64,000 bases of DNA from Planctomycetota bacterium (GTDB lineage: Bacteria; Planctomycetota; UBA8108; SXIK01). The translations under genes and the position numbers were made by a program. The stretch is from contig OZ244999.1 of NCBI GenBank assembly GCA_965223265.1, positions 512,001 to 576,000 on the forward strand. The letters are read 5' to 3'. Position 1 is the stretch's first letter. Each line of letters opens with the position of its first letter. This document shows positions 36,977-46,833 of the stretch, piece by piece. The notes under the pieces were generated by a model. It was not told where the DNA came from. It made no database searches and saw only the letters and a program-made list of their open reading frames with translations.

Positions 36977-39900
36977 TCATGTTGCCGACTGTAGGCGTTC
37001 CCGCAGCGCGGTCATTGTTTCCGAGCACCGTTCGGCGAGCCATGGGAGCCGAGCGTCTGTCGCGAGTTTCCGCAGCTGGTCGAGCTTAGTGGCGCCGACC
37101 TGAATGTTCCCACGCTCGAGATCGCCGATCGCTTCGAGAAACACGATCTCTGCGGCCTGTTCATTCGAACAGACGTTTTGTCGGTATCCTTCGAGACGAC
37201 GACGTTCTTCGTCGGCGGTGACACGGTCGCCGTGCTCGATCGCGGCGCGGTAGCGAAGAAGTAGTACGTCGCAGAGCTGGCGCTGGAAGCCGCCTCTTTC
37301 GAACAGTACCCAGGCCTCCTCCAGCAATTGTCGAGGCCGAGTTCCTTCACTGTCATAGAGCGCCTCGGCGAGGTAGAGCTTCCCGAGTCCAACGGCGAAG
37401 CGAAGTTGGAACCGTTCTGATTCTTGAAGTGCCGTCTCGATATGCGAAATAGCGTTCTGATGTTCGCCCCGGCGAACGTAGAGTTTCGCCAAGTAGATCC
37501 GGCTGACGATGTGACCGACAACGTCCCCACAATGCTGGTGAAGCGAAACGGCCATCTTTAGCGATTCGAGGGCATGATCTAGCTGGTCGGCTCGCATGTA
37601 GATGCGTCCCAGCATGCGTTGGCTATTCGCATTCGCAGAGACATGATCGATACTCTTGGCGTCCTCGAGGCTGATCTGGGTGACCTGGAGAGCACGTTTC
37701 AAATCACCGTGGAGAAGATGGTACTCCCCGAGTCTCTCTCTCGCGCGCGCGAGAGTTCGCCGATCCGACACTTCCTTACCTTTTTCGAGTGCCGAGGAGA
37801 GAAGCTTTCGGGCTGCATCGTGTTCGCCGAGGTCGAGTAGCGCGCTCCCGAGCGAACAGACACATGCTGCTCGCGCCTGGATCAGTTCTTCACCTTCGAG
37901 GAATCCTAGGTTGCGCTGATGTAATTCGATGCTTTTGCTCAGATCGCCGATGAGATGGTAGAGGCCGGCTAGGTAGTTCTGCGCTGAGACGATAAGCAAC
38001 TTTTCGCGGACGTTTTGAGGCTCGAACCGAAGCACCTCTTCTACGGCCTTTTCTACTGTTTCTTCACAGCACGTTTTGCGCCGATTGAACCAGCGCGCCC
38101 AGATTTCACTCGCTTCCAGAGAGAGTCGAAGCGCTGGGTCGGGAGTGTCTCCCACCGACTTGGAGGCCTTTCGCAGCACGAACAGAGCGTCGTCTTGTTT
38201 GTTCTGAGCGATGAGCAATCCCGCTTGACGACGTAGCATCGCCACAAGGTCCTTCGGGCGCAGGAGGCGCTCGCCGATTCTTAGTCCCTCCTTGAGAGCT
38301 CTCTCGCTCTCCTCGAGATCCCAAAGGAACTCGTGCATTTCAGACAATTTCATGAGGCTCTGAATTTTCTTTCCAGCAGCTTCTTCTGGAAGGGCGTCTG
38401 CGATGCGGCGATGGTACTCGACGGCCAACGGGAAATTGCCACAGCGCTGCAGGAACTCTGCTGCGGCAGGAGCGTACCGAAGAAAACCAGGCGTGTTGCC
38501 GGCGGCAAGCCAATGATGCGCAAGCAGTTCCGCGGTCGCTTCGATGTCCTGCGAGTGCTCACCTTCCGTTCGCTCGATCGCTTGCGCCAAGCGTTGATGC
38601 ATGAAGGCTAATCGCTTCGCGTCAAGCTTTGAGATGAAGGACCGTTTCAGGTCTGGATAGGCCAAAGAGAACCTCGCATCGCTTCCATCTTGCTCGCGGG
38701 TTAAGAACCCAGCTCCATGCAGCTTGTCGAGGATCAGCTCGACCTTCGCAGCTTCGAGAAGAGTACAGTGACAGAGGGCAGCGGTCGCCAGGGGCGCTCG
38801 CGCGAGCGCCAACCACGCGAGAACTGTGCGCGGGTCCTCGCCGAGGGCGGCGATGCGAAGATCCATGGCGTTCGTCAGGGAGGCGGGAATCGGGATGTTC
38901 TCCAGCGATTCCGGGATTTCCCAACGCGTGCCGCGATGGCGAATGTGGTCTGATTCGGCGAGCGATTTTGTCACCTCGAGGATAAACCGAGGGTTGCCTC
39001 GCGCCGCGACGTGCATTCCGAAGAGGAAACCTTCAGGCAAATCAGTTTGATTGAGGACGTGTTCTAGAAAACCGTCGGACTGTTTACGATCAAACGGTTC
39101 GATGCGAAGATGGTGGACACCGCTGAGATTGACTGTTCCCTGATCTCCATAGGCGCGTCGAGAAATCACGACGATAAGCTTCGGGGCGCCGGGAGGTATG
39201 GAGGTTCCTTCGTGGGCGTCACTTTGTGACGTTTCACGAGTTTGACGGAATTGCTCCGAGGCAGCTTGGATCAAGCTCATCGCAAAGAGCCTGACGGTAT
39301 CCGAGGCGGCGTGAAAGTCATCGAAGTGGATCAATAGCGGCGCGTGTGCAGCGTACCAGAAGATCGCCTTTTCGAGCCCCGACGCCAGCTCCTTGGACCT
39401 TCTTACGTCGCGAGCTTTGCCGAGAATCTCATGGACACGATCGACTCCCGACGCGCCACTCGTTCGAAGACCAGCGATCAGAGCATCGACCACGGGATGT
39501 AGATGCCCCTCCACCATACGATCTTCGACCGTGACGAATGCTCCGCCTGCGATCTGTATCGTGCTCTTTAGAGCCGACACGAGCTCGGTCTTACCTACAC
39601 CGGCTTCTCCTTCTAACACGGTACATGCTGACTCCGCGTCACCCGCGATGATCTTGCTGATCCATTCATTGAGTTGCTTGAGGTGATCGTCGCGGTAGAG
39701 CAAGGTGCCCGCACTGATCGCCGGGGTCTTGCTCCGCATGTCGGTAGGGGCCGCCTCGATTCCGAGCTCCTCACCGAGGAAGCTGAGTGCCTCATCGGCG
39801 GTCTGGAATCGATCTTCTGGCCGCTTTTCAATGAGTCGATTGACGAATTCGACGTACGGCGCCGGAAGATGTGGGCAGAGAGAATCCAGCGGCAGAGGTG

Positions 39901-40645
39901 CAACGCTCAAGTGTTTCTTGAGCATGCGTTTCGCCTCCCTGTCTGGATAGACGTACCGCCGCGACGCGAGCAGATAGAGCATGCAGCCCAGGGAATAAAG
40001 ATCGGCTCGTCCGTCAGCAGCCTGGCAGAGAATGCGCTCGGGTGACATGTATCGTGGGGTGCCACGGATCTTGTCCCAGGCGACATCAACACCGCTGAGA
40101 AGGCCAAAGTCGATGATTTTAATCTTGCCAGCGAGCCCAAATACCTTGGCTTCCAAGTTGGTCATACTGGCTCGTCGCCGCGTATCTTCTGTCGTTAGCG
40201 ACGCTAGAAGTACGTTCGCTGGCTTGAGATCATTGTGGAGCATCCCGTGCTTGTGAATGAAACGGAGTCCACGCAGGAGCTGAACGGTAACGTCGAGAAG
40301 TTCATCGAAGGTGGCGTTTTGGGTTCCCTGAAAGACGCTGACACCGTCGATGAATTCTGTCGTGAAAAAGTGCTCCGACGTACCGGAGATTCTCCCGAAG
40401 TCATAGTTCGCAGCGATGTTCGGATGGCTGTATTTGGTCAGCTGAGCGAATTCGTGACGGAACGATTCGAGAAACTGCTCGTCAACTTCCTGGGAGAGCA
40501 TCGTCTTGAGCGCCAGCTGGCGGTCTTTTCGGTGCGTATCGCGCACCAAATAAACCTTCCCCATGCCGCCTTGGCCGAGCTCGCGCTCGATCGCGTAGCG
40601 CCCGTTGATCGTCTGTTCCGTCATCGTGGTTCGACTGTTCGTCAT
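36977..40645 (-). CDS. Ser/Thr kinase - P-loop NTPase (AAA_16/STAND-like) - TPR protein
   Basis: GQGGMGKVY, ALK, HNDLKPAN, DFG and YMSPE; Walker A GEAGVGKT, Walker B LLIHFDD, GNPRF; C-terminal TPR-like helices. Confidence 0.9.
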   Translation of the reverse strand: MTNSRTTMTEQTINGRYAIERELGQGGMGKVYLVRDTHRKDRQLALKTMLSQEVDEQFLESFRHEFAQLTKYSHPNIAANYDFGRISGTSEHFFTTEFIDGVSVFQGTQNATFDELLDVTVQLLRGLRFIHKHGMLHNDLKPANVLLASLTTEDTRRRASMTNLEAKVFGLAGKIKIIDFGLLSGVDVAWDKIRGTPRYMSPERILCQAADGRADLYSLGCMLYLLASRRYVYPDREAKRMLKKHLSVAPLPLDSLCPHLPAPYVEFVNRLIEKRPEDRFQTADEALSFLGEELGIEAAPTDMRSKTPAISAGTLLYRDDHLKQLNEWISKIIAGDAESACTVLEGEAGVGKTELVSALKSTIQIAGGAFVTVEDRMVEGHLHPVVDALIAGLRTSGASGVDRVHEILGKARDVRRSKELASGLEKAIFWYAAHAPLLIHFDDFHAASDTVRLFAMSLIQAASEQFRQTRETSQSDAHEGTSIPPGAPKLIVVISRRAYGDQGTVNLSGVHHLRIEPFDRKQSDGFLEHVLNQTDLPEGFLFGMHVAARGNPRFILEVTKSLAESDHIRHRGTRWEIPESLENIPIPASLTNAMDLRIAALGEDPRTVLAWLALARAPLATAALCHCTLLEAAKVELILDKLHGAGFLTREQDGSDARFSLAYPDLKRSFISKLDAKRLAFMHQRLAQAIERTEGEHSQDIEATAELLAHHWLAAGNTPGFLRYAPAAAEFLQRCGNFPLAVEYHRRIADALPEEAAGKKIQSLMKLSEMHEFLWDLEESERALKEGLRIGERLLRPKDLVAMLRRQAGLLIAQNKQDDALFVLRKASKSVGDTPDPALRLSLEASEIWARWFNRRKTCCEETVEKAVEEVLRFEPQNVREKLLIVSAQNYLAGLYHLIGDLSKSIELHQRNLGFLEGEELIQARAACVCSLGSALLDLGEHDAARKLLSSALEKGKEVSDRRTLARARERLGEYHLLHGDLKRALQVTQISLEDAKSIDHVSANANSQRMLGRIYMRADQLDHALESLKMAVSLHQHCGDVVGHIVSRIYLAKLYVRRGEHQNAISHIETALQESERFQLRFAVGLGKLYLAEALYDSEGTRPRQLLEEAWVLFERGGFQRQLCDVLLLRYRAAIEHGDRVTADEERRRLEGYRQNVCSNEQAAEIVFLEAIGDLERGNIQVGATKLDQLRKLATDARLPWLAERCSETMTALRERLQSAT

Positions 40646-40682
40646 GCTCCGTTAGATCTTTCCGTTAGCGACGAAATCGACG

Positions 40683-42140
40683 CTATATGACGGCCAGATA
40701 CTCGTCGAGCTCGAGTGAAACTTCTTCCTGCTGGTAGAGCTTGAGGATCGAGCTTTTGAAGGAACCGTTCGGGTTTTTGTCGAGGAGATTTAAGCGCTTC
40801 GTGCTCGGCTGCCCGTCGGCGTCACTCACCAGACGAACGGAAGGGCGATCCAGGAACGACGGGTTCGATGGCGGGGCGATCACAGTGGCTACTTCACCAC
40901 CGTCCAGTCGGACGACACAGCCGACAGGATAGAGTCCCATCAGATTCACGAAGGCTTTGACAACGAGTGGGTCGAATTCTGTACCGCCGCGATCCATCAG
41001 AACTCGGAGGATCTCGTCTGGCAGCTGACTCGGGCGGCCGTTTTTTGCTGTCGTGGCATGGTCGTAGTAGTCAGCGATGGCGACGATGCGGGTGAACAGA
41101 TTCTGCACTTTCGTCGTCAGGAGCTGCGGGTAGCCGGTGCGGTCGTAACGGTAGTGATGCAGGAACGACACGTTCATGCTCTTGACGATCTGATGCACCA
41201 TACTTTGTGTCAGGAGCACTTCGGTTCCCCCGTAGACGTGGGCCAAGTACTCGTCACGCTCACTGCTGTCTACATCGTTCCAACCCGCAGTACGCAAGCG
41301 CTCAGGTAAGGTCGCTTTGCCAATGTCGTGCAGCAGCGCAGTAATCCCCAAGTCGCCGAGGATCTTCTTCGAAAGGCCGAGTTTGGCTCCGATCGCGACG
41401 GACAAAACCGCGACGTTGACCGGATGGTTGACACCAAGTTCGCCATGATCCTTGATGTTTGTCAGCGCCATGAGGATGTGCTCAGAGTCGAGCGTCAGGT
41501 CGACCATCGCCTGGGTGGCGACTTTGAGAGACTTCAGGTTGATGCGGCGACCCTTCGCAGCCGCTTCGTATGCCTTGCGCATGGTTGCGATCGACTTGAA
41601 GAAAGTGTGGATCGCTTTGCGACGCACGTCGCGGGAGAAGTCTTCGTAGATGTCATGACGCTCTTCGTGCTCAGAAAAATCGATGCACGAAAGGGTGTGG
41701 CGCTGAAGGATCGCCGTGAACCCATCCCAGCGTCCAACGTTTGGCGCCGGCTTCTCGTTAAACACGGCCACCATCTTCTCTATCTCTGACTCCGTCAGGC
41801 CAGATGCGAAGCTGATGTCGCCGATGTCTCGCTCCTCCATCAGTTCGACGACAAATCGGTAATTCTCGTACCCGCCGAGATCGATTTGGATGCGGATATC
41901 GTTGAGGAAGAGAAAATCGTCGATTCGAGTCAGATTGACGTTGCCTTGCAGGCGGATGAAACCTTGTAGCAGTTCTAGGAGCTCAGCGACGGCTTCTTTT
42001 ACGTTTTGGTTGCCGGCATCGTATAGTCGGCTCAATTTGATGGCGACGGTAAGATTCGAAACGATCGACTTGCCATGCTTTCGTACGCCCGTGTTCAGAA
42101 TGGACGATAGAGAAACGGAGGCTTTTTCTTCAGTGGACAT
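40683..42140 (-). CDS. HD-GYP cyclic-dinucleotide phosphodiesterase-like protein
   Basis: NHPVNVA, LLHDIGK, HHYRYDRTGYP, IVAIADYYD, FDPLVVKAF and GLYPVGCVVRL. Confidence 0.9.
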   Translation of the reverse strand: MSTEEKASVSLSSILNTGVRKHGKSIVSNLTVAIKLSRLYDAGNQNVKEAVAELLELLQGFIRLQGNVNLTRIDDFLFLNDIRIQIDLGGYENYRFVVELMEERDIGDISFASGLTESEIEKMVAVFNEKPAPNVGRWDGFTAILQRHTLSCIDFSEHEERHDIYEDFSRDVRRKAIHTFFKSIATMRKAYEAAAKGRRINLKSLKVATQAMVDLTLDSEHILMALTNIKDHGELGVNHPVNVAVLSVAIGAKLGLSKKILGDLGITALLHDIGKATLPERLRTAGWNDVDSSERDEYLAHVYGGTEVLLTQSMVHQIVKSMNVSFLHHYRYDRTGYPQLLTTKVQNLFTRIVAIADYYDHATTAKNGRPSQLPDEILRVLMDRGGTEFDPLVVKAFVNLMGLYPVGCVVRLDGGEVATVIAPPSNPSFLDRPSVRLVSDADGQPSTKRLNLLDKNPNGSFKSSILKLYQQEEVSLELDEYLAVI

Positions 42141-43977
42141 GTTCTAATTCCTTAGCGTGTTCGTTTTTCTCAGCCCGGGTGCGCATCAAACGGAGTGCGT
42201 GACGTGCCGTAGAGGCGAGTTCACTTCGTTTCATCTCGGAGAGTTTCGTTAGCAAGGCGATGGACTCTTCGTCGTCCACGTCAGCCAGTGCCAACACGGC
42301 TGCTCCCTTCCTGCGCTCTATTGCTTTTGTCAGTGATCTTCGCCATCGCAGCACTTTGTTGCGGACGTAGTCGAGACCTTCGTCTCGTTTCGCGGCGATG
42401 AGGAGTTGAAACGTTTGAGCTTGCTTGGCCTTGTCCAGCTCGTTGAAGCGGGGAGAGTTGATGAGATTGAAGACCGGCTCGTAGATTTCTTCGGATGGAA
42501 CTCTAAGGAAGAACTGCACAGCGAAGTGAAGAAGGTCAGGAGAGGACTCGTCCAGCAAAGGAAGGAGATGTTCGGTCGCATTTCGGTCCGCGATTTCGAG
42601 AATGACCTTTGCGGCGTGCTTGCGAATCTCCTCGTTCGGATGACGTAGGGCCTGAGAGATGCGTTTTGATCTCTTGTCATCTTTGAACCGGGAAAGCAGG
42701 AGGATGATCGACTTCACTACGTTCGGATCTGGGTCGTCCAGGAACGATTCGAACGTCTTGATGGAGTTTGTACCGATTTTTTCCAACACGTCGATGATCG
42801 CTCGGCCGTGACTCTCGTACTTTAAGAGGGGGCAGAATTGGCGTACGGCATTGCCATCGAACACGGTGAGGAACTCAAACAGGCCGTGATCGGCAGGAAG
42901 TTTCGGGTGTTCGTTCAGGTAGCCGTCGATCAACTGGACGGTGTCCTTGTCACAAAACGTTCCGACCATTTCCCGGATTTGCTGTTTGTGTTCATGCGTG
43001 AGCCCGGGATGAGCATCTTCCTTAGAGAGCTTGCGAAGGAGCGCCGCGGCGTGGTGGAAGTCCAAGTTCTCGACCAATGCGAAAATGATTGAGCGAATCA
43101 TTTTCGCCGCTTCTTTGAACGCTTCCTCGTCACCGTTTTTGATCATCAGTTCGAGCAGAACGTCGACGAAGTCATATACGGGAAAGTACGCTTCCTCTTC
43201 CCGTGCGAGCGCGCGTATTTTCTCCGATTCTTCGTCGCTGAGTTCGAAGGCGTTATTTTTGCTCTCTGACGAAAGAGTCTCAGCGAGTTCCTCTCGAAGG
43301 CGTTGCTCTTCCTCTGGATCCAAGTCGAGTTGCTCTCGATCGAACCCCATCGAGAACAGATGGCTCGTCGGAATTTCTGGAATGTCTTCTTCAGACGTCG
43401 AGTCGGTGTCGTCGACAATCTGTAGCTGGACGCCGGCACAATCCTTTTCCCAGAAAACCGTGCCGAAGTCGTCGTCTTCCGAATCCGAGTCTCTCAGGCA
43501 TTTGAAACAGTCGAGAAAGTCGACCAGTTCTTCGCTTTCGATCTCTTCGAGAAAAGCCACGGCTCGCACACCGTCGGTGTAGAGACGGTAGGCGAGGCTT
43601 TTGCCCTTGTGCTCTTCGTGGTAGACGACAATGTCCTCGAAGAGGAAGTCCTTCTGGCTGATTCGAAGCTGAAGCGGCGCTTCGAGCTTCTCTACGACAG
43701 CTTCGAGGCTTTCGTACAACTTCTCGATCGAGTGCTTGACGACCTTGCTATACGATGGGTAGAGCTGGTAGTTCTTTTCAGCAACGACGAACTGCTGGAT
43801 GAACTCCTTGACTTCGTCGAGCGCTTTGGGCTGCGCCTGAGATGCCGCATTGCGCGATTCGGCATCGCCACCTCCATGTTGTGCAGACTCGGACTGCACC
43901 CTTCGCCCCGCACGGGGCGCATTGACGATCGTAGGAGCGTTGACTACGGAACCGGGTCTTTCCTGTGGCGCACTCAC
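42130..43977 (-). CDS. HEAT-repeat protein with an N-terminal domain homologous to that of the HD-GYP protein
   Basis: HEAT units LDDPDPNVVKSIILLL, ALRHPNEEIRKHAA and LLDESSPDLLHFA. Overlaps the HD-GYP start. Confidence 0.85.
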   Translation of the reverse strand: MSAPQERPGSVVNAPTIVNAPRAGRRVQSESAQHGGGDAESRNAASQAQPKALDEVKEFIQQFVVAEKNYQLYPSYSKVVKHSIEKLYESLEAVVEKLEAPLQLRISQKDFLFEDIVVYHEEHKGKSLAYRLYTDGVRAVAFLEEIESEELVDFLDCFKCLRDSDSEDDDFGTVFWEKDCAGVQLQIVDDTDSTSEEDIPEIPTSHLFSMGFDREQLDLDPEEEQRLREELAETLSSESKNNAFELSDEESEKIRALAREEEAYFPVYDFVDVLLELMIKNGDEEAFKEAAKMIRSIIFALVENLDFHHAAALLRKLSKEDAHPGLTHEHKQQIREMVGTFCDKDTVQLIDGYLNEHPKLPADHGLFEFLTVFDGNAVRQFCPLLKYESHGRAIIDVLEKIGTNSIKTFESFLDDPDPNVVKSIILLLSRFKDDKRSKRISQALRHPNEEIRKHAAKVILEIADRNATEHLLPLLDESSPDLLHFAVQFFLRVPSEEIYEPVFNLINSPRFNELDKAKQAQTFQLLIAAKRDEGLDYVRNKVLRWRRSLTKAIERRKGAAVLALADVDDEESIALLTKLSEMKRSELASTARHALRLMRTRAEKNEHAKELEHVH

Positions 43978-44146
43978 GAGTTGGGTCTCCGATGCTATCT
44001 TTCAGGCTCGAGACATCTCCGGCAGTGGAGATTCCTGAGAAGAGTAGGAGACCGGCCTAGAATCGGCAAACCGCGGCCGATAAGGAGGCAGGAGTGAGCC
44101 AGCAGCGATCGCGAGCTGCCGCTTCGCCTACAATCGGCGTTGTAGG

Positions 44147-44566
44147 CTACTTCCGAAAACGATCGTGGCACTCCTGGCAGCGGTACGAAATCCTCGTACG
44201 TGCCTGCCACAAAGAGTCGGGGTCGACTTCAGTCGCTGCGGTGCGTGCGTCTCTTACCGCTTCGACCGTGCGCGTCAACAACTCTTGGAATTCTGGTACA
44301 GCCGCAAGAGCGTGATCTCTCGCCACCGCCGGCTGCAGAAGCGCTGCTTCGAGATCCCGTGAACGATCGCCGGCGGAGAGAAGCAGCGGTTCATGAAAGC
44401 TTCGTTCGGCGATCTCCGTCAGGGCGTTGTACTTGAGTTGGACATCCTTCATGCCGCGGCGGAGAGTGCACGATGCCAACGTCACCAGTACGAGTGTGGC
44501 GGTCGCCCACGTTCGGACTGCGGGTACCGAGAATCTATGATTGGCGAATTGCGAATGGCGACGCAT
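44147..44566 (-). CDS. Class II (c-prime-like) cytochrome c lipoprotein
   Basis: Lipobox LASC, helical body and C-terminal CQECHDRFRK heme motif. Start uncertain. Confidence 0.75.
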   Translation of the reverse strand: MRRHSQFANHRFSVPAVRTWATATLVLVTLASCTLRRGMKDVQLKYNALTEIAERSFHEPLLLSAGDRSRDLEAALLQPAVARDHALAAVPEFQELLTRTVEAVRDARTAATEVDPDSLWQARTRISYRCQECHDRFRK

Positions 44567-44650
44567 ATAGAAACGTTTTCGAACCATTAAAGGTGGTTGC
44601 AGTTGACGTCGAGCTTCTGGATCGCAAGGTTTCATGCGATCGTCGGATGA

Positions 44651-45241
44651 TCAGCGGCTCGTCGACTCCAAGGCGCGTGCCGCGCAGTAGTCGAGTAGAG
44701 TCTCGATCTCGAGTTGTTGAATCTTCTCCAGGGAGGTGCGCAGTTCGCCGCGAGTGCCACTCTCAGAGACAGCGCAGAGGTCGATGAGCGCGAATGGATC
44801 CCACGTTTCCTGGCCGGTCAACTGAACGAGAAGCTGTTTCGCGTCTGTTCCCGAACTCTCAGCAAGACGTCGTGGGAGTTCGTCGAGGAGTTCGTGGTCG
44901 CCGACGAGGCGAAACCAGTACTTAGCGTTTGAGTAGTCCGGTTCACGGCGATGCATCAGGCCATGCCAGTAGCTGCCCGTCGTGGTCTTGATCGATTGAG
45001 AGATCGTATGTGAGTCCGCGTCGAGTCCCGCGCGGAGCAGCAGACCGGCACGTACCGCGGCAACCATCGAACGATCGTGAATCTCTCCGCCGAGTAGCGC
45101 CGAATCGGAAAGATCCGCGAGTTTTGTGGATATATCGCAGATAGGGGCCTCGCGGTCGTAGGATAGGGCGAGGCGCGGGAGAGCTTCCGTCACTTCGCCG
45201 TAGATTTGGGCCGCAGGGGAGCCGGGAGGGAAGATCTTCAT
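44651..45241 (-). CDS. Hypothetical protein (SHTISQ...YWHGLMHRREPDYSNAKYWFR motif)
   Basis: Recognisable motif of an uncharacterised family; coding-like composition. Confidence 0.8.
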   Translation of the reverse strand: MKIFPPGSPAAQIYGEVTEALPRLALSYDREAPICDISTKLADLSDSALLGGEIHDRSMVAAVRAGLLLRAGLDADSHTISQSIKTTTGSYWHGLMHRREPDYSNAKYWFRLVGDHELLDELPRRLAESSGTDAKQLLVQLTGQETWDPFALIDLCAVSESGTRGELRTSLEKIQQLEIETLLDYCAARALESTSR

Positions 45242-45449
45242 GAGCAGATCGAGCCTAGCACAGATTGCGCCGTGTCGCAGCGAGTCATAGCGGACCTGCA
45301 GCGTCTCACGCGTTTGGTAAGGGGCAATTTGAAGTGTGCGCCGCCATCAGAACAGAGCCGCGAAGCCGACACAAGTTCTTGTTGTGGGATCGTGCCGCTC
45401 GATGATGTCGGAGCAGGCGCGCCCGCGACGGATCTTGTCACGAGTTTGG

Positions 45450-46526
45450 CTATGGCAGTAGGGATACCGTGCGCTTCTCGCGGGCACTGATAACTGCAGT
45501 ATCGACCATCTGCTGTCCGATGCGCGCGATGTCCGGAGAGAGGGGACCTTCGAGTGCGGCGCCGGTCTCCAAGCAGTGCACGACGTTCTGCACTGGATTC
45601 TGATAGGGGCTTTCGACTTGATCGACCGCGATCGAGGTAGCGGTGGGTTGCGAGCGTGTTTGAAGGTGGATCGTGGGTTCGTAGTCGTAGCTCGAAATCG
45701 TGCCTTCAGTGCCGACCAGGACGAAGCCGCATTTGGGTTGAGGCTGGTGCGTCCAAGGGTCTGTGAACGTGCCCCAGCGCGTCTCGAATTTAGACAAACC
45801 TGAGCTGTATCGTGCCACCGTCACACTGTGTTCGTCGACTTCGAGACCGGGTGGGTCGTCGACGATGCTAGTGACTTCAACAGGAACCTCACCGTTCTTG
45901 AACCATGTGCCAAGAGTCACCCCGTATCCGAGATAGTCGAGGAGCGAGCCGCCGCCATGTGCCCGTTTGTAGAACCACGTGTTCGGCTTCTCACGCTCCA
46001 CGTACTCCGCGGTCGTTTCCGTCTTGCCCTCGACGTGCCATAGTGGGCCTCGGTTGCCGTCGTAGTAGTGCACTTCCTTCACTTCGCCGATGGCGCCTTC
46101 GTCGACGAGTCGTTTGGCTGTTCGATGAGAGGGGTACCATACCAGAGGCCAATTGATCGCCAGGAGTTTACCAGAGGCCTCCATCGCTCGAACCATCGCA
46201 TCCGCTTCCGCAAGCGAGGCGGCGAACGGCTTTTCCATGATGATGTGGGGGCCATACGGAGCGACCTTCTCCGTCCACTCCCCATGACGTGCCGTTGCCG
46301 GGCAGAGAAGCACAATGTCTGGGCGAGTCGTCTCGAGGCAGGAACGGTAGTCGGTAAAGCAACGCTCGGGTGGCACGGAGAACTCGCGAGCCGCGGCATC
46401 CATTCGAGCCGCGGATTCGTCGGACAGCGCAACGATCTCCACGTCCGGGTGCTCATGAGCGGCGCGCAAGTTATCCCCCATGTGGGAGTGGTCAAAGTTG
46501 ATTCCGGCAAGCGTCCACTGACTCAT
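45450..46526 (-). CDS. Gfo/Idh/MocA oxidoreductase
   Basis: MEKPFAASLAEADAMV and GGGSLLDYLGYG. Confidence 0.92.
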   Translation of the reverse strand: MSQWTLAGINFDHSHMGDNLRAAHEHPDVEIVALSDESAARMDAAAREFSVPPERCFTDYRSCLETTRPDIVLLCPATARHGEWTEKVAPYGPHIIMEKPFAASLAEADAMVRAMEASGKLLAINWPLVWYPSHRTAKRLVDEGAIGEVKEVHYYDGNRGPLWHVEGKTETTAEYVEREKPNTWFYKRAHGGGSLLDYLGYGVTLGTWFKNGEVPVEVTSIVDDPPGLEVDEHSVTVARYSSGLSKFETRWGTFTDPWTHQPQPKCGFVLVGTEGTISSYDYEPTIHLQTRSQPTATSIAVDQVESPYQNPVQNVVHCLETGAALEGPLSPDIARIGQQMVDTAVISAREKRTVSLLP

Positions 46527-46644
46527 GGCGACCTTCTGCGCTCCGTACTCCTCTTGTTCGCGACTGTCCTTCGCCGCTTCAGTCTCTCAACTCGCGCCTG
46601 GAGCTGCGTCGCCGAAAGCCGCTCGCTCGATGCAGCGCGGCTAG

Positions 46645-46806
46645 CAGCCTGTTGAAAAAGTGCTTCGAGCCGAAGAAACTGGTCTCTTCGCGTCCAGATC
46701 GGCTGCGGCAAACGGAGGCAATCTTCGGGATTTTCGAGTATTGACGCGGTCGAGCTGGGCGTGAAGAGGCCAGTTTCTTCGGCCGAATGACTTTTTCAAC
46801 GGGCTG
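46645..46806 (+). mobile_element. Non-autonomous fold-back MITE-like element, copy 3 (best preserved, flanked by CTAG on both sides)
   Basis: CTAG-CAGCCTGTTGAAAAAG...CTTTTTCAACGGGCTG-CTAG, with ~66-bp imperfect inverted arms around a ~28-nt loop. Confidence 0.82.
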
Positions 46807-46833
46807 CTAGGCTAGCTCTCGGCCCGATTCGTA

